DNA of 59,693 bases, filler included, from Dimorphilus gyrociliatus (lineage: Eukaryota > Animalia > Annelida): the NCBI GenBank assembly GCA_904063045.1. It is 3 parts of 3 records of this genome, joined end to end, with 100 filler letters (N's around TTAATTAATTAA, not from the genome) between each part and the next. Parts side by side here need not be neighbours in the genome. Positions count along the whole stretch, not along the records: positions 1 to 27,961 come from CAJFCJ010000270.1; 2 more parts are not named here. The stretch is one strand, 5' to 3'. Within the stretch, counting starts at the first letter, position 1. Each line of letters starts with the position of its first letter. Below the pieces are notes generated by a model, which was not told the origin of the DNA, did no database searches, and saw only the letters and a list, made by a program, of their open reading frames with translations. The position numbers and the translations under genes were made by a program. This document shows, piece after piece, positions 1 to 11,865 of this stretch.

Positions 1-733
1 AATTTAAATAAAAATGAATTAGCGAATGAACTCCAAGATTTGTCGCTAAAGTCCGTATGTAAATGGACTCAAAAATAGACGAAAAAATTTATTCATTTAT
101 GATAAGTAGTGAAAATGAGATGATAGGAAGACCTGGTCATATAGTACAGATAGATGAAAGTATGTTTTCTAAAAGAAAGTATAATATAGGTAGACTTCTT
201 AAAAAAAAGTGGGTGATTGGTGGTATTGATATCTATACGAAGAAAACATTTTTTGTTGAAGTGACTGATAGGAAAAAGGAAACAATCAATGACATAGTTA
301 CAAGGTATGTACATCGAGATAGCATTATTTATACCGACGAGTGGCCTGGATACATAAAACTAGAGGAGCTAGGCTATATACATGACACCGTTAATCATGA
401 TAGAGAGTTTATAGATCCATATACTGGAGCGAATACACAGTCAATAGAAAACACTTGGGGTGTTATAAAAAGGTATATTTGACGTAATTGTATTAACATA
501 CATAATAATTTTGATTTTGTTATTTCCAGATGGATATTTAGAAAAAAGTATGAAAAAGAGGCGTTTCTGAAACTAATCTCAATAATTTTTAATTAAAAAG
601 AGCTAAAATAGTACTTTAGAAATGTTGTAAAAAAAATTTTTTTAATTTTATTTTTATCCCCTTCTCTTCAATTTCTCCATATTTCCAAAAAAATCAATTT
701 TTGATCGAAGGGGATCCTAAGTTCCATCTTGCC
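1..733 (+). mobile_element. Merlin (IS1595/IS1016-like) DNA transposon, family A copy 1; 5' part lies outside the window; defective
   Basis: Transposase motifs VQIDESMF, IYTDEW, HTVNH and NTQSIENTW. Right TIR 615-733 ends ...CCATCTTGCC, followed by the presumed TSD GATTCTTC (734-741). CGA>TGA stop at 480-482. Matches copy 3 except for an A5 versus A6 run near 71-75. Confidence 0.93.
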
Positions 734-820
734 GATTCTTCTCTCTATATAGAATTTATATAGAATGGTAATTTTAAATAAATAGGTCGTAATAAAACAA
801 AAGTATTATAAAAAGTGTAT

Positions 821-1093
821 TTAATTCTTTAAGTACAACAAATCTGCATCACAATTTCCTTTGACATAAATTTCAACAACAATCCTCTTCTCAAAAGCTA
901 ATTCTAAGTCTATAAAGCGCTGTTTATCGTCAAGAAGGATATCTTTTAATACCCCATTTGAAGATTTTATTTGAATTTTTGTTTTATTGTTTAAATTTAC
1001 TTGGTTCATCTTTTGTGTTAATTTGAGAAGAGTTAGGTTGTTTTTTACTTTTATATGGTATACTTTATTTGGTATTAAAAGTAGAATTTTCAT
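821..1093 (-). CDS. Hypothetical 90-aa protein
   Basis: ORF with a CCCCC motif 13 nt upstream of the ATG, like neighbouring genes. No family recognised. Confidence 0.55.
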   Translation of the reverse strand: MKILLLIPNKVYHIKVKNNLTLLKLTQKMNQVNLNNKTKIQIKSSNGVLKDILLDDKQRFIDLELAFEKRIVVEIYVKGNCDADLLYLKN

Positions 1094-1260
1094 TTTTTGA
1101 TTTTTTGGGGGTTTTTAATTAAAATTGTAATTCTAGTTAAAATTTCTAGTTTTAATTTAAGGAATTACAAATCAATATTAGAATATAAAAAGTTGATTTT
1201 TTATGTTTAACTTTTTAAATGGGAAATAAAAATACGAAAAGAAAAATTTATTCAAAATTA

Positions 1261-2850
1261 CTATTCAATCTCTATAATAACATCTCTACTAACTAATCTA
1301 TCTATTAAGTTTTGACTGTTTGTCAACATTTGAGATTTTGATAATCTCACCAACTTTAAGCTCTTAAGTTCTACAATTTCTGAAAGATCTTCAACTCCTA
1401 ATTCATTTAACCTAACATCTAGTATTTCAAGTTTACCTAAATCACTTAATTTATTAAATTGTCTTGGCTTTAACTGGCAATCGTAAAGTTCCAATTCTAT
1501 CAGATTTTTAATTTTAAAAATCACCTCGCATTCTTCTTTTGTTATGTTATTGTTTTTATTTAAAGATAATTGTTTTAGTTTATTTAGTCTGTTTATTTCT
1601 AATAGACTGTTTTTTTGTAGATTACATCTTGATAGGTTTAATTTTTCAAGAGTAGATAATTTTATTATTTCAGATATTTCCTCTTTAGAAACCATTAATG
1701 AATTTTGTAAATATAAACTTTCTAGTTCAGTCATTTGAGCAATTTTTATTAAACTTTGTGATTCAAGAATACAAAAACTTAAATCTAGTGTTTTAAGGTG
1801 TTTTATTTCAAAGATACGTAGTAAATCCTTTTCTTCTAAGTTTCTATTCCCACTACAACAGAAAATTTCTAGGTTTTTAGCATTTTTTATATTTTCAAAT
1901 AGGTCGGAATCACCAGGATTTTTAATATCAGAAATATCTAAAAACTTAAGTTTTTCTACTTGAAAAATGTAATTTAAGGTTCTTTTGGTCAATTCAACAC
2001 CATATCCAATATACAATCTCTCAAGACTTTTCATCTGATTTATATTTTGTAGTGAGTCTTCATCAAAGGACGAATATGTTAAATCTAAAGTGTTTAAACG
2101 ATCCAATCTACTTAAGCTATTAATAAATGTTCTACTGATAACATCATTACCACCAAGTTCTAAAATTTCCAAGTTTTTGAGATTTCCTATACCTTTTAAT
2201 ACTCTTTTTTTCAAGCAGCAACCAAAAAGACCTAAAAATTTAAGATTTTGTAAATTTAGTATCTTTTTGAAGTCGTTTCTTGATATTTGGTCGTTATGTT
2301 GTAATTCTAAATATTCTAAGTTAATAAGCTTATCAATGTTTAGAAGACTATCTCTACTTAAATAAACTTTAGATAATTCAAGTCTTTTTAGACTACTTAA
2401 TCCAAAAACTTCATTTAATTGATCCTTTGTTAAATAATTATTCCCTGATAAATTTAAGGTTTTCAAATTGGTAAGTTTGGATATATCAGTTAGTAGAAAT
2501 GAAGACAGATTACAGTCTTCCAAGATTAGACCTTCTAGTTCAACTATATCAAATACTATTTGTAAAAAATTGTTTGATATTTCATTGCTACTTGTCAAAT
2601 TTAGAAACTTAAACTCGTCTATTTGATTTATTAAACTTTGTAGAATAAGATAATTATTTATTATTTCACTGCTATCACTTGTATAATCTTCAAATTGTTC
2701 TATATTAGCTAGGTTTAATGAGTTAAATGCATCTGATGATGATTCATTTCTGACTTGTTGAGTGATAGAAGGTAAAAATAGTATTAGTATTTTAATTACA
2801 AAGTTTAATGAATTCCTATTTATTTTTTCAGCTAAGCCTAATAAATCCAT
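1261..2850 (-). CDS. Leucine-rich-repeat protein with hydrophobic N-terminus (putatively secreted)
   Basis: 529-aa ORF with many ~24-25-aa LxxLxLxxN/C repeats, N-terminal hydrophobic segment FVIKILILFLPSITQQ, and CCC directly before the ATG. Confidence 0.88.
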   Translation of the reverse strand: MDLLGLAEKINRNSLNFVIKILILFLPSITQQVRNESSSDAFNSLNLANIEQFEDYTSDSSEIINNYLILQSLINQIDEFKFLNLTSSNEISNNFLQIVFDIVELEGLILEDCNLSSFLLTDISKLTNLKTLNLSGNNYLTKDQLNEVFGLSSLKRLELSKVYLSRDSLLNIDKLINLEYLELQHNDQISRNDFKKILNLQNLKFLGLFGCCLKKRVLKGIGNLKNLEILELGGNDVISRTFINSLSRLDRLNTLDLTYSSFDEDSLQNINQMKSLERLYIGYGVELTKRTLNYIFQVEKLKFLDISDIKNPGDSDLFENIKNAKNLEIFCCSGNRNLEEKDLLRIFEIKHLKTLDLSFCILESQSLIKIAQMTELESLYLQNSLMVSKEEISEIIKLSTLEKLNLSRCNLQKNSLLEINRLNKLKQLSLNKNNNITKEECEVIFKIKNLIELELYDCQLKPRQFNKLSDLGKLEILDVRLNELGVEDLSEIVELKSLKLVRLSKSQMLTNSQNLIDRLVSRDVIIEIE

Positions 2851-3340
2851 GGGTAACGGTTTGATTTGGGTATATATTATACTTAAGCAAATTTTTATTT
2901 ATAAATTGATTTGGTTTAAATTAAATGGGAAAATTAATTTCCTATTATAGCAACAAAAACCGATTCGTTATATTTATATAAAAATTAGGTATAACCGTTA
3001 ATTTACAACGCCTAGTTAGGAATTTTAAGAAAAATTTTGAAGTGAAATTATGAACATTTGTCCTGATATATTCTAATTATCAATTTTAGTTTATAATATT
3101 AGGAATGAAAAAATAAAATTAAAATTTATGTGTCTCAATTATTTCACCTAGAATAAAAGATATATTGTATATCTAAAAGGTGTGGCTCCTATAGTATGTG
3201 AACCACATCCTAAAATGGTTAATTAGTGAAATAATTTAGATTTAGAATGAAAATTTTAATACCTCAGAATAAACTATATCGATCCCCTCCTTATTATAAC
3301 AATTAAAATATTTTTTCTAAAAAAAACTTACTAAAGATTA

Positions 3341-4316
3341 GACTGAAGTACCAATCTGTTCTACTCATTAGCGTATGTCAAGAAAAAAAATTTAACCCTT
3401 GTTTATTTTCACAAAAAAACAATTAAAAAATTAGAAATTTTAATAAAACCTCGAAATAATTGTCTGAAAACCATCTTTTTATCATAAACTTTGATAAATA
3501 TGGTAAAATTTCTGTGAACCTTCTACAATGATTAGGTACCTCATTCTTTATAGCTCCCCAGTTCCCCTCAATTGTGTTTGTATGAGCTCCTGTTATAGGA
3601 TATTTGTAATTATGCTTATGATTATCAGTATAATGTTTGTAATTTTGTTTTATATTACTGTATCCTTTTCAAAGATCAGTATTTACAACAGATACTGATT
3701 TAACTATGCATCAAATATTGTGTTCATAGTGATACTGTCCCTTTTTATTACTGGAACTAGTATGATTTTTCTTTGCTCTGTTTTTTCTATTAAACCAACA
3801 ACCTATACACCTTCTACAGTCCTAGCTATACTGTACTTAGTTCTCTCAAACTTAGATTCGTCAGCTTCAATTACAACACCATCTCCTTCAATCTTCCCAA
3901 ATATTTTTTAAATAAAATTTTTCCGTTTTAGATAACAATAACTTAATAAATTTATAAATGGTTTTTTTATTTGAACCTGATATTTTTATGATTTTATCTA
4001 TGTTATAATTCCGCAACCATAACCATATTACTTTAAAAAACATGAGATAATTTGTTCTATAAAAAATAGTATTTTTAAATACCCCATTTTCCTTCCTACA
4101 TGAACGTGTTTTACACTTATATGTACAGTTAAGATTGTTTTTTAGTGTAATATATACATTACCATTACATAATTTACAATATCCTGGATTATTTTGGGAC
4201 AATAAACTCTTTGATAAAGTTTTTAATGTTTCATCGTTGAAAAAGTTATTTATTTTACAAGGGTTAATTTTTTTTTTGACATACGCTAATGGGTAGAAAA
4301 GATTGGTATTTTAGCC
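3341..4316 (-). mobile_element. Degenerate Merlin element, family B
   Basis: Imperfect ~60-bp TIRs (3341-3401 GACTGAAGTACCAATCTG...AACCCTTG versus 4257-4316) and a degenerate 8-bp TSD (AAAGATTA / AAAAATTG). Broken transposase with N-terminal zinc ribbon (CKLC...CKTRSC), GDGVVIEADESKF and GAHTNTIEGNWGAIK. Confidence 0.85.
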
Positions 4317-5100
4317 AAAAATTGTTCTATATTATCACGGAATATGCCATACCTGTTTAAAGTAGCTAATTTAATATCAGGCCATAAATTTACAATATTA
4401 TTTGTATGATCTCCTCCTATGTTTTTAAAACTTCAATGTTGTTTACAATATGGTGATCCATTCTTAAATTATATATAACAGCTTGATATGAAAGATATAC
4501 GCCCATTTCTAGTATATTTAAATCACTAACTATACTTGTAAAACCCAATCTTAATATATCCCTTTTCAAATGAGTACTAGTTAAAAAAAAATTTACATTA
4601 TCGTCTTCGGGTCCTTCAAAGAGCCATTTTGTATTGAGTATATAATCATCCATAGAAGTGGGAGGTCTGATAGAACCTAACCTAAATATGACAGTTTCAT
4701 CTAATTGAACTCCAATTCCATTACCACCAATATTGCTACCCCTTTGATCAATATAGTTAGTAAATATTGGAATTATTTAATTTTTTAGTATATATACAGT
4801 CTGTAATAAGAAAAATATTACATAGATTTTTACAAAGGAAATTCTTCTATAAATAAAGAGAACTATATCACACACTTTATATATTGAATACAAATTTATT
4901 ATAACATAATACACCAGTTTTATACGAAATAAATCTCGTTTTAAAGATTGTTTTCTTAAAACTGTAACAAAGAAACGTAACATAGCGAAAGTAAAGTTTA
5001 TTCTATACCTATACAATAATATGAAGTAACAGACGGTATCTTTCTTTTTCCTAAATAATATCCCCCGGTTTCAACATTTATTGATATGATATGAGCATTT
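4317..5100 (-). mobile_element. Older degenerate Merlin transposase remnant (family D), interrupted at its 3' end by the family B element; outer boundaries uncertain
   Basis: Minus-strand frames give IGGNGIGVQLDET, KWLFEG, MDHHIVN and GDHTNNIVNLWPDIK, with stops and frameshifts. The reading runs directly into the family B TIR at 4316. Confidence 0.75.
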
Positions 5101-6471
5101 TGGGTAAGTTGAATACTGCCAAAAAAAATTAATATTATACTTCAGAACGTAGGAGTTAGTATACTGATTTATATTAAAAAATAGATGAATTAAAAGGGGG
5201 GATCGCTTTTTCTCTCATAACCATGAATTATATATCAGGTTTATTTTTATATTGTGATTTTAAAATTGTTAAAAATCACTATTAAACATATTTAAAAAAG
5301 TAAGTAAATCTCACTATAAAATAAAGAGGTACATTTTTGTATTTTACTTTTTAATATAACGAAAAAAAAGGCCTGAGTGTTCAAAAACTATCCTATTAAT
5401 GGTAGTAATTGACAAAAATAAATTTAAAAAGCGAAAATATCAATTTATAATACATGAAGGAAGCTCATTAAAACATTCACTTTTTTAACAATTAGGACTT
5501 AATTTTTATTATATAAGAAAATAGACAAAATGTCGTTTTCAAACTAAAAATATAATTTATATTGTGATTTTTATAATTTAAAAATCGTAATATAGAAATA
5601 TACTTGATTATATTTATTTTCAAATGCCAGTAGGAATCCCTCATCTTTATTCTTCTATAAATTTTCATTATACTTTTTATATATTTATACATTTATACTT
5701 TAATCTACAAAATATAGATCCTTTTTTGAGAGTAATCAAACGCCCTAAAATGCTCATGTTTGTATTGTGGCGCCTTCAAATTTCACTATATTGTCTATTG
5801 AACGATAATAAATTATAGTACTGTTTTATATGTATATAAACATCTAAAGCAAAAGATATTTTTGTCATGTAAAGTTTTTTATTACAGCTTTAATATAATT
5901 TAATCAAAAAAAAATTGATTTTGTATTATACAAGAGTATCATCGTAAAAAACATTCGGATTTGACGTATAAAACATTTCATTTAAGTTTTTTACTTCATC
6001 TGATAACTTCCTTGGTAAAAATCGATGGAATATTTTTTTGTTAAAGACTGTATATAGATGGAAACTATATGTTGATATACAGTCCGTATTAATTTTATCA
6101 TAAAGTAAATATTAGAAAAAGAGTAAGGATTATATATTGAGATACCATGAAAACATAACCGAATACAAATAGCGAGCGGTTAAACAAGAAGTGAAAAAAA
6201 TCGAGTAATTTACAGAAATAACGGTCTACCTAACAAAATTTATGATAAGTAAATGTTTTTTTTATGATTATTTGAAGGTGTTAGATAAATTTTTTTATGG
6301 CTATTTAAGAATAATTTTTTATTGTATATTCTAAGAGGTAGAATAGCCAAAAATTTAACCAATTCTACTCAAAGTGTGAGTTAAAAAATCAATTTCAATT
6401 AAAGTAATAAAGTTGATTCACTGTATTTATATAAAAAAAGAAGTTTTAAAATAATTTTTATTGTTTTTTAA

Positions 6472-8059
6472 TTAAAGTTCGTCAGTCACAACGCCAATAT
6501 CTCTTTCACGTAGAATTTCAATATAATTTTTATATTGCATTTTCTCTTCTTCAGTAAATAAAGACAATCGAATTGTTTTTAATTTTTTTAGCTCTAAAAT
6601 TTGGTTGAATATTTTATCGTCCATTTCATTAAGTCGTAAATCTAGTTTCTCTATTGAATTTAGTTTTTCAATTGTGTATAGCTTTTGCTGGTCAAGTTCA
6701 CAACTAAAAAGACTTAATTCAACTAGACCTCCAATTTCAGCTACCTTCAAAATATCGCGTTTTAGTAAATCTGGGTTATAATCTAAAATAAGCTTTTTTA
6801 AAGTTTTTGTAGCACATATATTAGAAAAAATTCCGCTTCCTAAGTTACAGCTACTTAAGTTCAATTCTTTCAAGCTTTTTAGTCCAAAAATAGCATTTAT
6901 TTCTTTTTCGCTTAATTCAATGTTATACTTTAAATTCAACTTTTGTAATTTTTCTAGACTTTTAATGTTTTCTAAACAGTTGCTTTCTAAGAAACAATAA
7001 CTTAAGTCTAATACCTCAAGACTTTTGATTGCACAAATACTTTCTGTGTCTTCTTTTCTTATCCATTGATTCTTATACAAATGTAAAGTTTTAAGTTTTT
7101 TCAAATCTTTAATATTTTCTAAAGGACGTAGAGCACTGGTTCTGACGAACTCAGGTCTAATATTCAAGATTAGGTATTTTTGAAATATTATCGAAGTCTT
7201 CTTTCCTCAAAACTGCGTCATAACCTATATTTAATCTCTTAAGGTTTTTTAGATTCTCTATTCCTTCTAGTTCGTTTCTTATGCTTCTATGTCCATTGAT
7301 GTCTAATTGTTCAAGTCCTTCTATCTTAAAGATATCTTGAAATTCTGCTTTGATTATTCTGTGCGAGTCTCCTAATAATAGCGTCTTCAGGTTCTGTAAT
7401 CTATTAATACCTGAAATGTCGCTATAATTAAGTTCACAACCGTACAAATTCAAAAACTTTAGATTTTCTAGTTTAAAAATTTCTTCAAATTCCATAAAAG
7501 TTATACCTTTATTGTTTGATAGTTCTAAGTTTTCTAAGTTGACTAGGTTTTTTATACCCATTAAACTATATTCAAAAAAATAATTATCACTTAATATTAA
7601 TGTTTTAAGTGATTTAACAGCAAATACCCACTGAAGATCATCTGTAGATATCCCATGGTTATCAGAAATGTCCAATAATTCCAAATTTGTAAGTTTCTGT
7701 ATATTTATTACAGAATTCTGACTTAGTAAGCAAGAGCTTAATACCAACCCTTTCAAATCATTTAATTCGAATATTCCTTGTAATTCTCCATCACTTATAT
7801 AAGTATAACCAGTTAAGTCTAATACTCGGTCTTCATTGATCCTATTAAGAATTTCTTGGTTCATTATTGGTTCGGCGGCTTCTTCAAATTCAGAAATAGT
7901 ATTGAAAGAACTATTAAGTAGAGTTTCATCACTTGAGATGTCTAAAAGGTTAAAATGGTCAACCAGTTCAAATAGATCGTCATCATCTCGTCTTGGTACA
8001 TCACAAATACAAATCTTAAGTATTTCTGAGGTGATAAAAAGAATAGAAAGTGTTTTAAT
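6472..8059 (-). pseudogene. LRR protein with indel(s) near 7150-7160; 5' end runs into the assembly gap
   Basis: ORF 7864-7157 extends in frame upstream to the gap (IKTLSILFITSEILKICIC...). ORF 7167-6472 continues the LRR array in another frame. Both have the same repeat type as 1261-2850. Confidence 0.75.
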
Positions 8060-8499
8060 NNNNNNNNNNNNNNNNNNNNNNNNNNNNNNNNNNNNNNNNN
8101 NNNNNNNNNNNNNNNNNNNNNNNNNNNNNNNNNNNNNNNNNNNNNNNNNNNNNNNNNNNNNNNNNNNNNNNNNNNNNNNNNNNNNNNNNNNNNNNNNNNN
8201 NNNNNNNNNNNNNNNNNNNNNNNNNNNNNNNNNNNNNNNNNNNNNNNNNNNNNNNNNNNNNNNNNNNNNNNNNNNNNNNNNNNNNNNNNNNNNNNNNNNN
8301 NNNNNNNNNNNNNNNNNNNNNNNNNNNNNNNNNNNNNNNNNNNNNNNNNNNNNNNNNNNNNNNNNNNNNNNNNNNNNNNNNNNNNNNNNNNNNNNNNNNN
8401 NNNNNNNNNNNNNNNNNNNNNNNNNNNNNNNNNNNNNNNNNNNNNNNNNNNNNNNNNNNNNNNNNNNNNNNNNNNNNNNNNNNNNNNNNNNNNNNNNNG
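8060..8499. other. Scaffold gap (440 N)
   Basis: Run of N. Confidence 0.99.
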
Positions 8500-9043
8500 A
8501 ATAGTTTTATATGAAGATGTAAACGCAAGAGAAGCCTTGAGATATTATCGAATTAAATCCAACTTAAAAAATAGCAAACTATCTGTCGCTACTGTAAATA
8601 AAACTATAAATGCAGAGTATCAAAGCTTTCCAATGGGAGTTAATTACAACGTATCATTATATAATCAAAACCTACTTATAGGAAGTCACAATAGCATATC
8701 TTCATATAATATAATGTCTCCTCCTTATTTAGTATTAGGTTTAGGTAGTGTTACTTTTTCAATTAATAGTCTTGAGATTGTAATTCCTTATACAAACCAA
8801 GCTTATAAAGAAAGGCTAGCTCTGATTCCAAATTCTAATCTTTTATTTTACTATTTTGATAAGAAAATTGAAATGGAACTTTATTTAAGAATTGGTGATA
8901 AAATTAAGACTGTATTAATTACGTTAATAATTGTCTTATGCTTGAATATTATTATCGTATTTGTTTTATTATACAGAGAAAAGAAAAGGGAAAAGGAAAT
9001 CAGAAGGAATGAATATAGAGGTTTTAACTTCAACGCATTATGA
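8500..9043 (+). CDS. ITFG1: C-terminal part of an ITFG1/LINKIN (T-cell immunomodulatory protein)-like membrane protein; 5' partial
   Basis: Open frame from the gap. PYLVLGLG, LIPNS, a single TM helix and the tail LYREKKREKEIRRNEYRGFNFNAL match my recollection of the ITFG1 C-terminus (..EKKADDREKRQEAHRFHFDAM). Confidence 0.8.
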
Positions 9044-9367
9044 TTTTGTAGTTTTAATAAATCTTATTTGGTTTTCTATTTAACTTAAATATATAATTAT
9101 TATTTTATAAAATAAAGTTTATATTAAAATTGGAATACCATATTAGGAAAAAACAAATATGAAAAGTATATTTTATGTATATTTAAACAGTATAATATTT
9201 TTTTAACGCTATTTATTTAAGTTAATACAACCTACTAAAACTTTCATCATTTTTATATTTAAACACCTTTTTTGTATAAAAATACAAAATTCTTTTCATT
9301 TCCTTTGAGTATATAAAGAAGCACAAATTAAGTAAATTGTTATTATTGGATGTAAAAGAATCTTGGC

Positions 9368-9736
9368 TTAATTGAAAATTTCAATTTTTGTATCCCCGAA
9401 TAGTTTTTCTATGAGATTAAACATTAAATATAAAACATTATTTGTATCTAGTATTCTACTAACAGGCAAAAAATGATTATATATTCCAAATTTAAATTCA
9501 TTGTAACTACAAGAAATAAACATCTGACTTTTATCTTTATTAATATTAAATTCATCGGTTGCCATGTTTAAAGTATTTAACAGATGATTGTAAACTGATT
9601 TGTATTTTTGTATTCTCTTTTGTTTTTTTGTATATTTACAGGAATAGAGTTCTAAAACGCTATTATAACCAAATTCTTCTAGTTCTTTTAAGAGTTCATT
9701 TGTTTTTAGTACTAAGTCTATCTCCAGGTATCTCAT
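9368..9736 (-). CDS. MAF1: Maf1-like RNA polymerase III repressor (reduced)
   Basis: MRYLE start, ELYSCKYTKKQK, LLNTLNMATDEF layout resembles Maf1 boxes. CCC motif before the ATG. Confidence 0.55.
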   Translation of the reverse strand: MRYLEIDLVLKTNELLKELEEFGYNSVLELYSCKYTKKQKRIQKYKSVYNHLLNTLNMATDEFNINKDKSQMFISCSYNEFKFGIYNHFLPVSRILDTNNVLYLMFNLIEKLFGDTKIEIFN

Positions 9737-9879
9737 TTTTAAGGGATTTAAAATAGAATTTCAGCTTTTTTCTAAAAAATACACATCAGTATTATTTTAT
9801 AATAATTGTATTTTATTATTGAGAATTGTAATTAAAAGTACTATAAAATGATTTAAAATGATTTAAAATTGTTTAAAAG

Positions 9880-10200
9880 TGTATAAGTTTATAGGTTTAT
9901 AAAATTATCAAAACAATTTAAAATTTAATAAAAATGTTAAAATTCTATAAAATAAATGAAAAGTAAATAAAAATGTTAAAATTCTATAAAATAATTTAAA
10001 ATTCTATAAAATAAATGAAAAGTAAATAAAAATGTTAAAATTATCAAAATAATTTAAAATTCAATAAAACAATTTAAAATTCTATAAAAATGTTAAAATT
10101 CAATAAAAATGTTAAAATTCTATAAAATAAATGAAAAGTAAATAAAAATGTTAAAATTCTATAAAATAAATGAAAAGTAAATAAAAATGTCAAAATTGAA
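9880..10200. repeat. AT-rich imperfect tandem repeat, ~39-bp unit AAAATAAATGAAAAGTAAATAAAAATGTTAAAATTCTAT
   Basis: About four near-perfect units plus partial units, upstream of Skp1. Confidence 0.8.
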
Positions 10201-10249
10201 TATTTCTAAACTTATTGTAATAAATAAAAAATAAACAAAAAAAATGCCC

Positions 10250-11865
10250 ATGAAAATTAAAACATTAGATAATAAAGTTATTGAATTAGAAACAAAGTAT
10301 ATCAACCAAAGTGCATTTCTTTCAAATGTCAAATCATATACAATAAATTCAGAGACTCCATTAGAATTATTAATTTCAAGTAAAATATTAGATGTAGTGA
10401 TTCAGTTTCTAAAAATAAATACTCTTATATTAGGAGATGATTATTCTCCATTAGAAATAAAATTTAAGCAGGAAGATTACGATTTTATAGATAAATATAA
10501 TGAAAAAATTCGGTAACATGGAACTTAGGATCCCCTTCGATCAAAAATTGATTTTTTTGGAAATATGGAGAAATTGAAGAGAAGGGGATAAAAATAAAAT
10601 AAAAAAAATTTTTTTTACAACATTTCTAAAATATTGTTATTATAAAAACAAATTATATTAACCTTCTAATGAACCATAGGGAATTAGTTTTAGCAACTTC
10701 AGATAAAAATAAATGTGTTGAATTTTTATTAGATAAAGGTTTTATTAGTAGATATAAGATATGCACCAAATGTATCAATAAAAGAGCCACTATTGTACAA
10801 TATAAAGATTTTTACAGGTATAAGTGTAGTTCATGTAAAAGTGCGATTTCTTTATATGAAAATACCATCCTGAAAAATTCAAAAATTAAAATTAATGTAT
10901 TCATTGATTTTCTATATTTTTATATGCATACGAATTTAAATAAAAATGAATTAGCGAATGAACTCCAAGATTTGTCGCTAAAGTCCGTATGTAAATGGAC
11001 TCAAAAAATAGACGAAAAAATTTATTCATTTATGATAAGTAGTGAAAATGAGATGATAGGAGGACCTGGTCATATAGTACAGATAGATGAAAGTATGTTT
11101 TCTAAAAGAAAGTATAATGTAGGTAGGCTTCTTAAAAAAAAGTGGGTGATTGGTGGTATTGATATCTATACGAAGAAAACATTTTTTGTTGAAGTGACTG
11201 ATAGGAAAAAGGAAACAATCAATGACATAGTTACAAGGTATGTACATCGAGATAGCATTATTTATACCGACGAGTGGCCTGGATACATAAAACTAGAAGA
11301 GCTAGGCTATATACATGACACCGTTAATCATGATAGAGAGTTTATAGATCCATATACTGGAGCGAATACACAGTCAATAGAAAACACTTGGGGTGTTATA
11401 AAAAGGTATATTCGACGTAATTGTATTAACATACATAATAATTTTGATTTTGTTATTTCCAGATGGATATTTAGAAAAAAGTATGAAAAAGAGGCGTTTC
11501 TGAAACTAATCTCAATAATTTTTAATTAAAAAGAGCTAAAATAGTACTTTAGAAATGTTGTAAAAAAAATTTTTTTTATTTTATTTTTATCCCCTTCTCT
11601 TCAATTTCTCCATATTTCCAAAAAAATCAATTTTTGATCGAAGGGGATCCTAAGTTCCATCTTGCCAAAAATTCTAATAGAAATATCAAATGCTGCTAAT
11701 TATTTACATATAAATAGTTTATTAGAATTAACTTGTAAGATTTTAGCTGATAAAATGAAAAATAAAACTAATGATGAAATATCTCATATGTTGCTAGGAG
11801 ATGCTGATGATAATGTATATGGAGAGTTTGATTGGGTTACATCCTCAATGGAAGATAGTACGTAA
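10250..11865 (+). CDS. SKP1: Skp1, split by a Merlin insertion (parts 10250-10511 and 11675-11865 after removing the element and one TSD)
   Basis: Removing 10512-11674 gives a continuous ORF MKIKTLDNKVIEL...KYNEKI|LIEISNAANYLHINSLLELTCKILADKMKNKT..., with the Skp1 hallmark AANYLxIxxLLxLTCK. CCC precedes the ATG at 10250; the ORF track start at 10244 is less likely. Confidence 0.9.
10512..11666 (+). mobile_element. Merlin family A copy 2, intact and probably autonomous (1155 bp)
   Basis: 119-bp TIRs (10512-10630 and 11548-11666) differing only at bases 3 and 6. Perfect 8-bp TSD AAAAATTC (10504-10511 and 11667-11674). Confidence 0.97.
10669..11529 (+). CDS. Merlin/IS1595-family DDE transposase
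   Basis: 286 aa, N-terminal CxxC...CxxC zinc ribbon, IGGPGHIVQIDES, IYTDEW, VNH, NTQSIENTWG. No stops. Confidence 0.95.
   Translation: MNHRELVLATSDKNKCVEFLLDKGFISRYKICTKCINKRATIVQYKDFYRYKCSSCKSAISLYENTILKNSKIKINVFIDFLYFYMHTNLNKNELANELQDLSLKSVCKWTQKIDEKIYSFMISSENEMIGGPGHIVQIDESMFSKRKYNVGRLLKKKWVIGGIDIYTKKTFFVEVTDRKKETINDIVTRYVHRDSIIYTDEWPGYIKLEELGYIHDTVNHDREFIDPYTGANTQSIENTWGVIKRYIRRNCINIHNNFDFVISRWIFRKKYEKEAFLKLISIIFN

Noticed and set aside
93-314. Antisense 73-aa ORF repeated in all three Merlin A copies (also 11026-11247, 15765-15986)
   Set aside because: It is a shadow of the transposase frame, conserved only because the copies are nearly identical.
3177-3215. AGGTGTGG...CCACATCCT stem-loop as a tRNA or ncRNA
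   Set aside because: Imperfect single hairpin with no cloverleaf or box motifs. No rRNA or tRNA gene could be supported anywhere in the window.
5492-6200. Short ORFs between the Merlin D remnant and the second LRR gene
   Set aside because: No motifs or CCC-ATG context; may be decayed sequence but cannot be assigned.
11667-11680. Splicing of Merlin copy 2 to the CTAATAG just after the TSD
   Set aside because: Joining G10512 to 11681 shifts Skp1 out of frame; only the AG at 11653-11654 keeps the frame.
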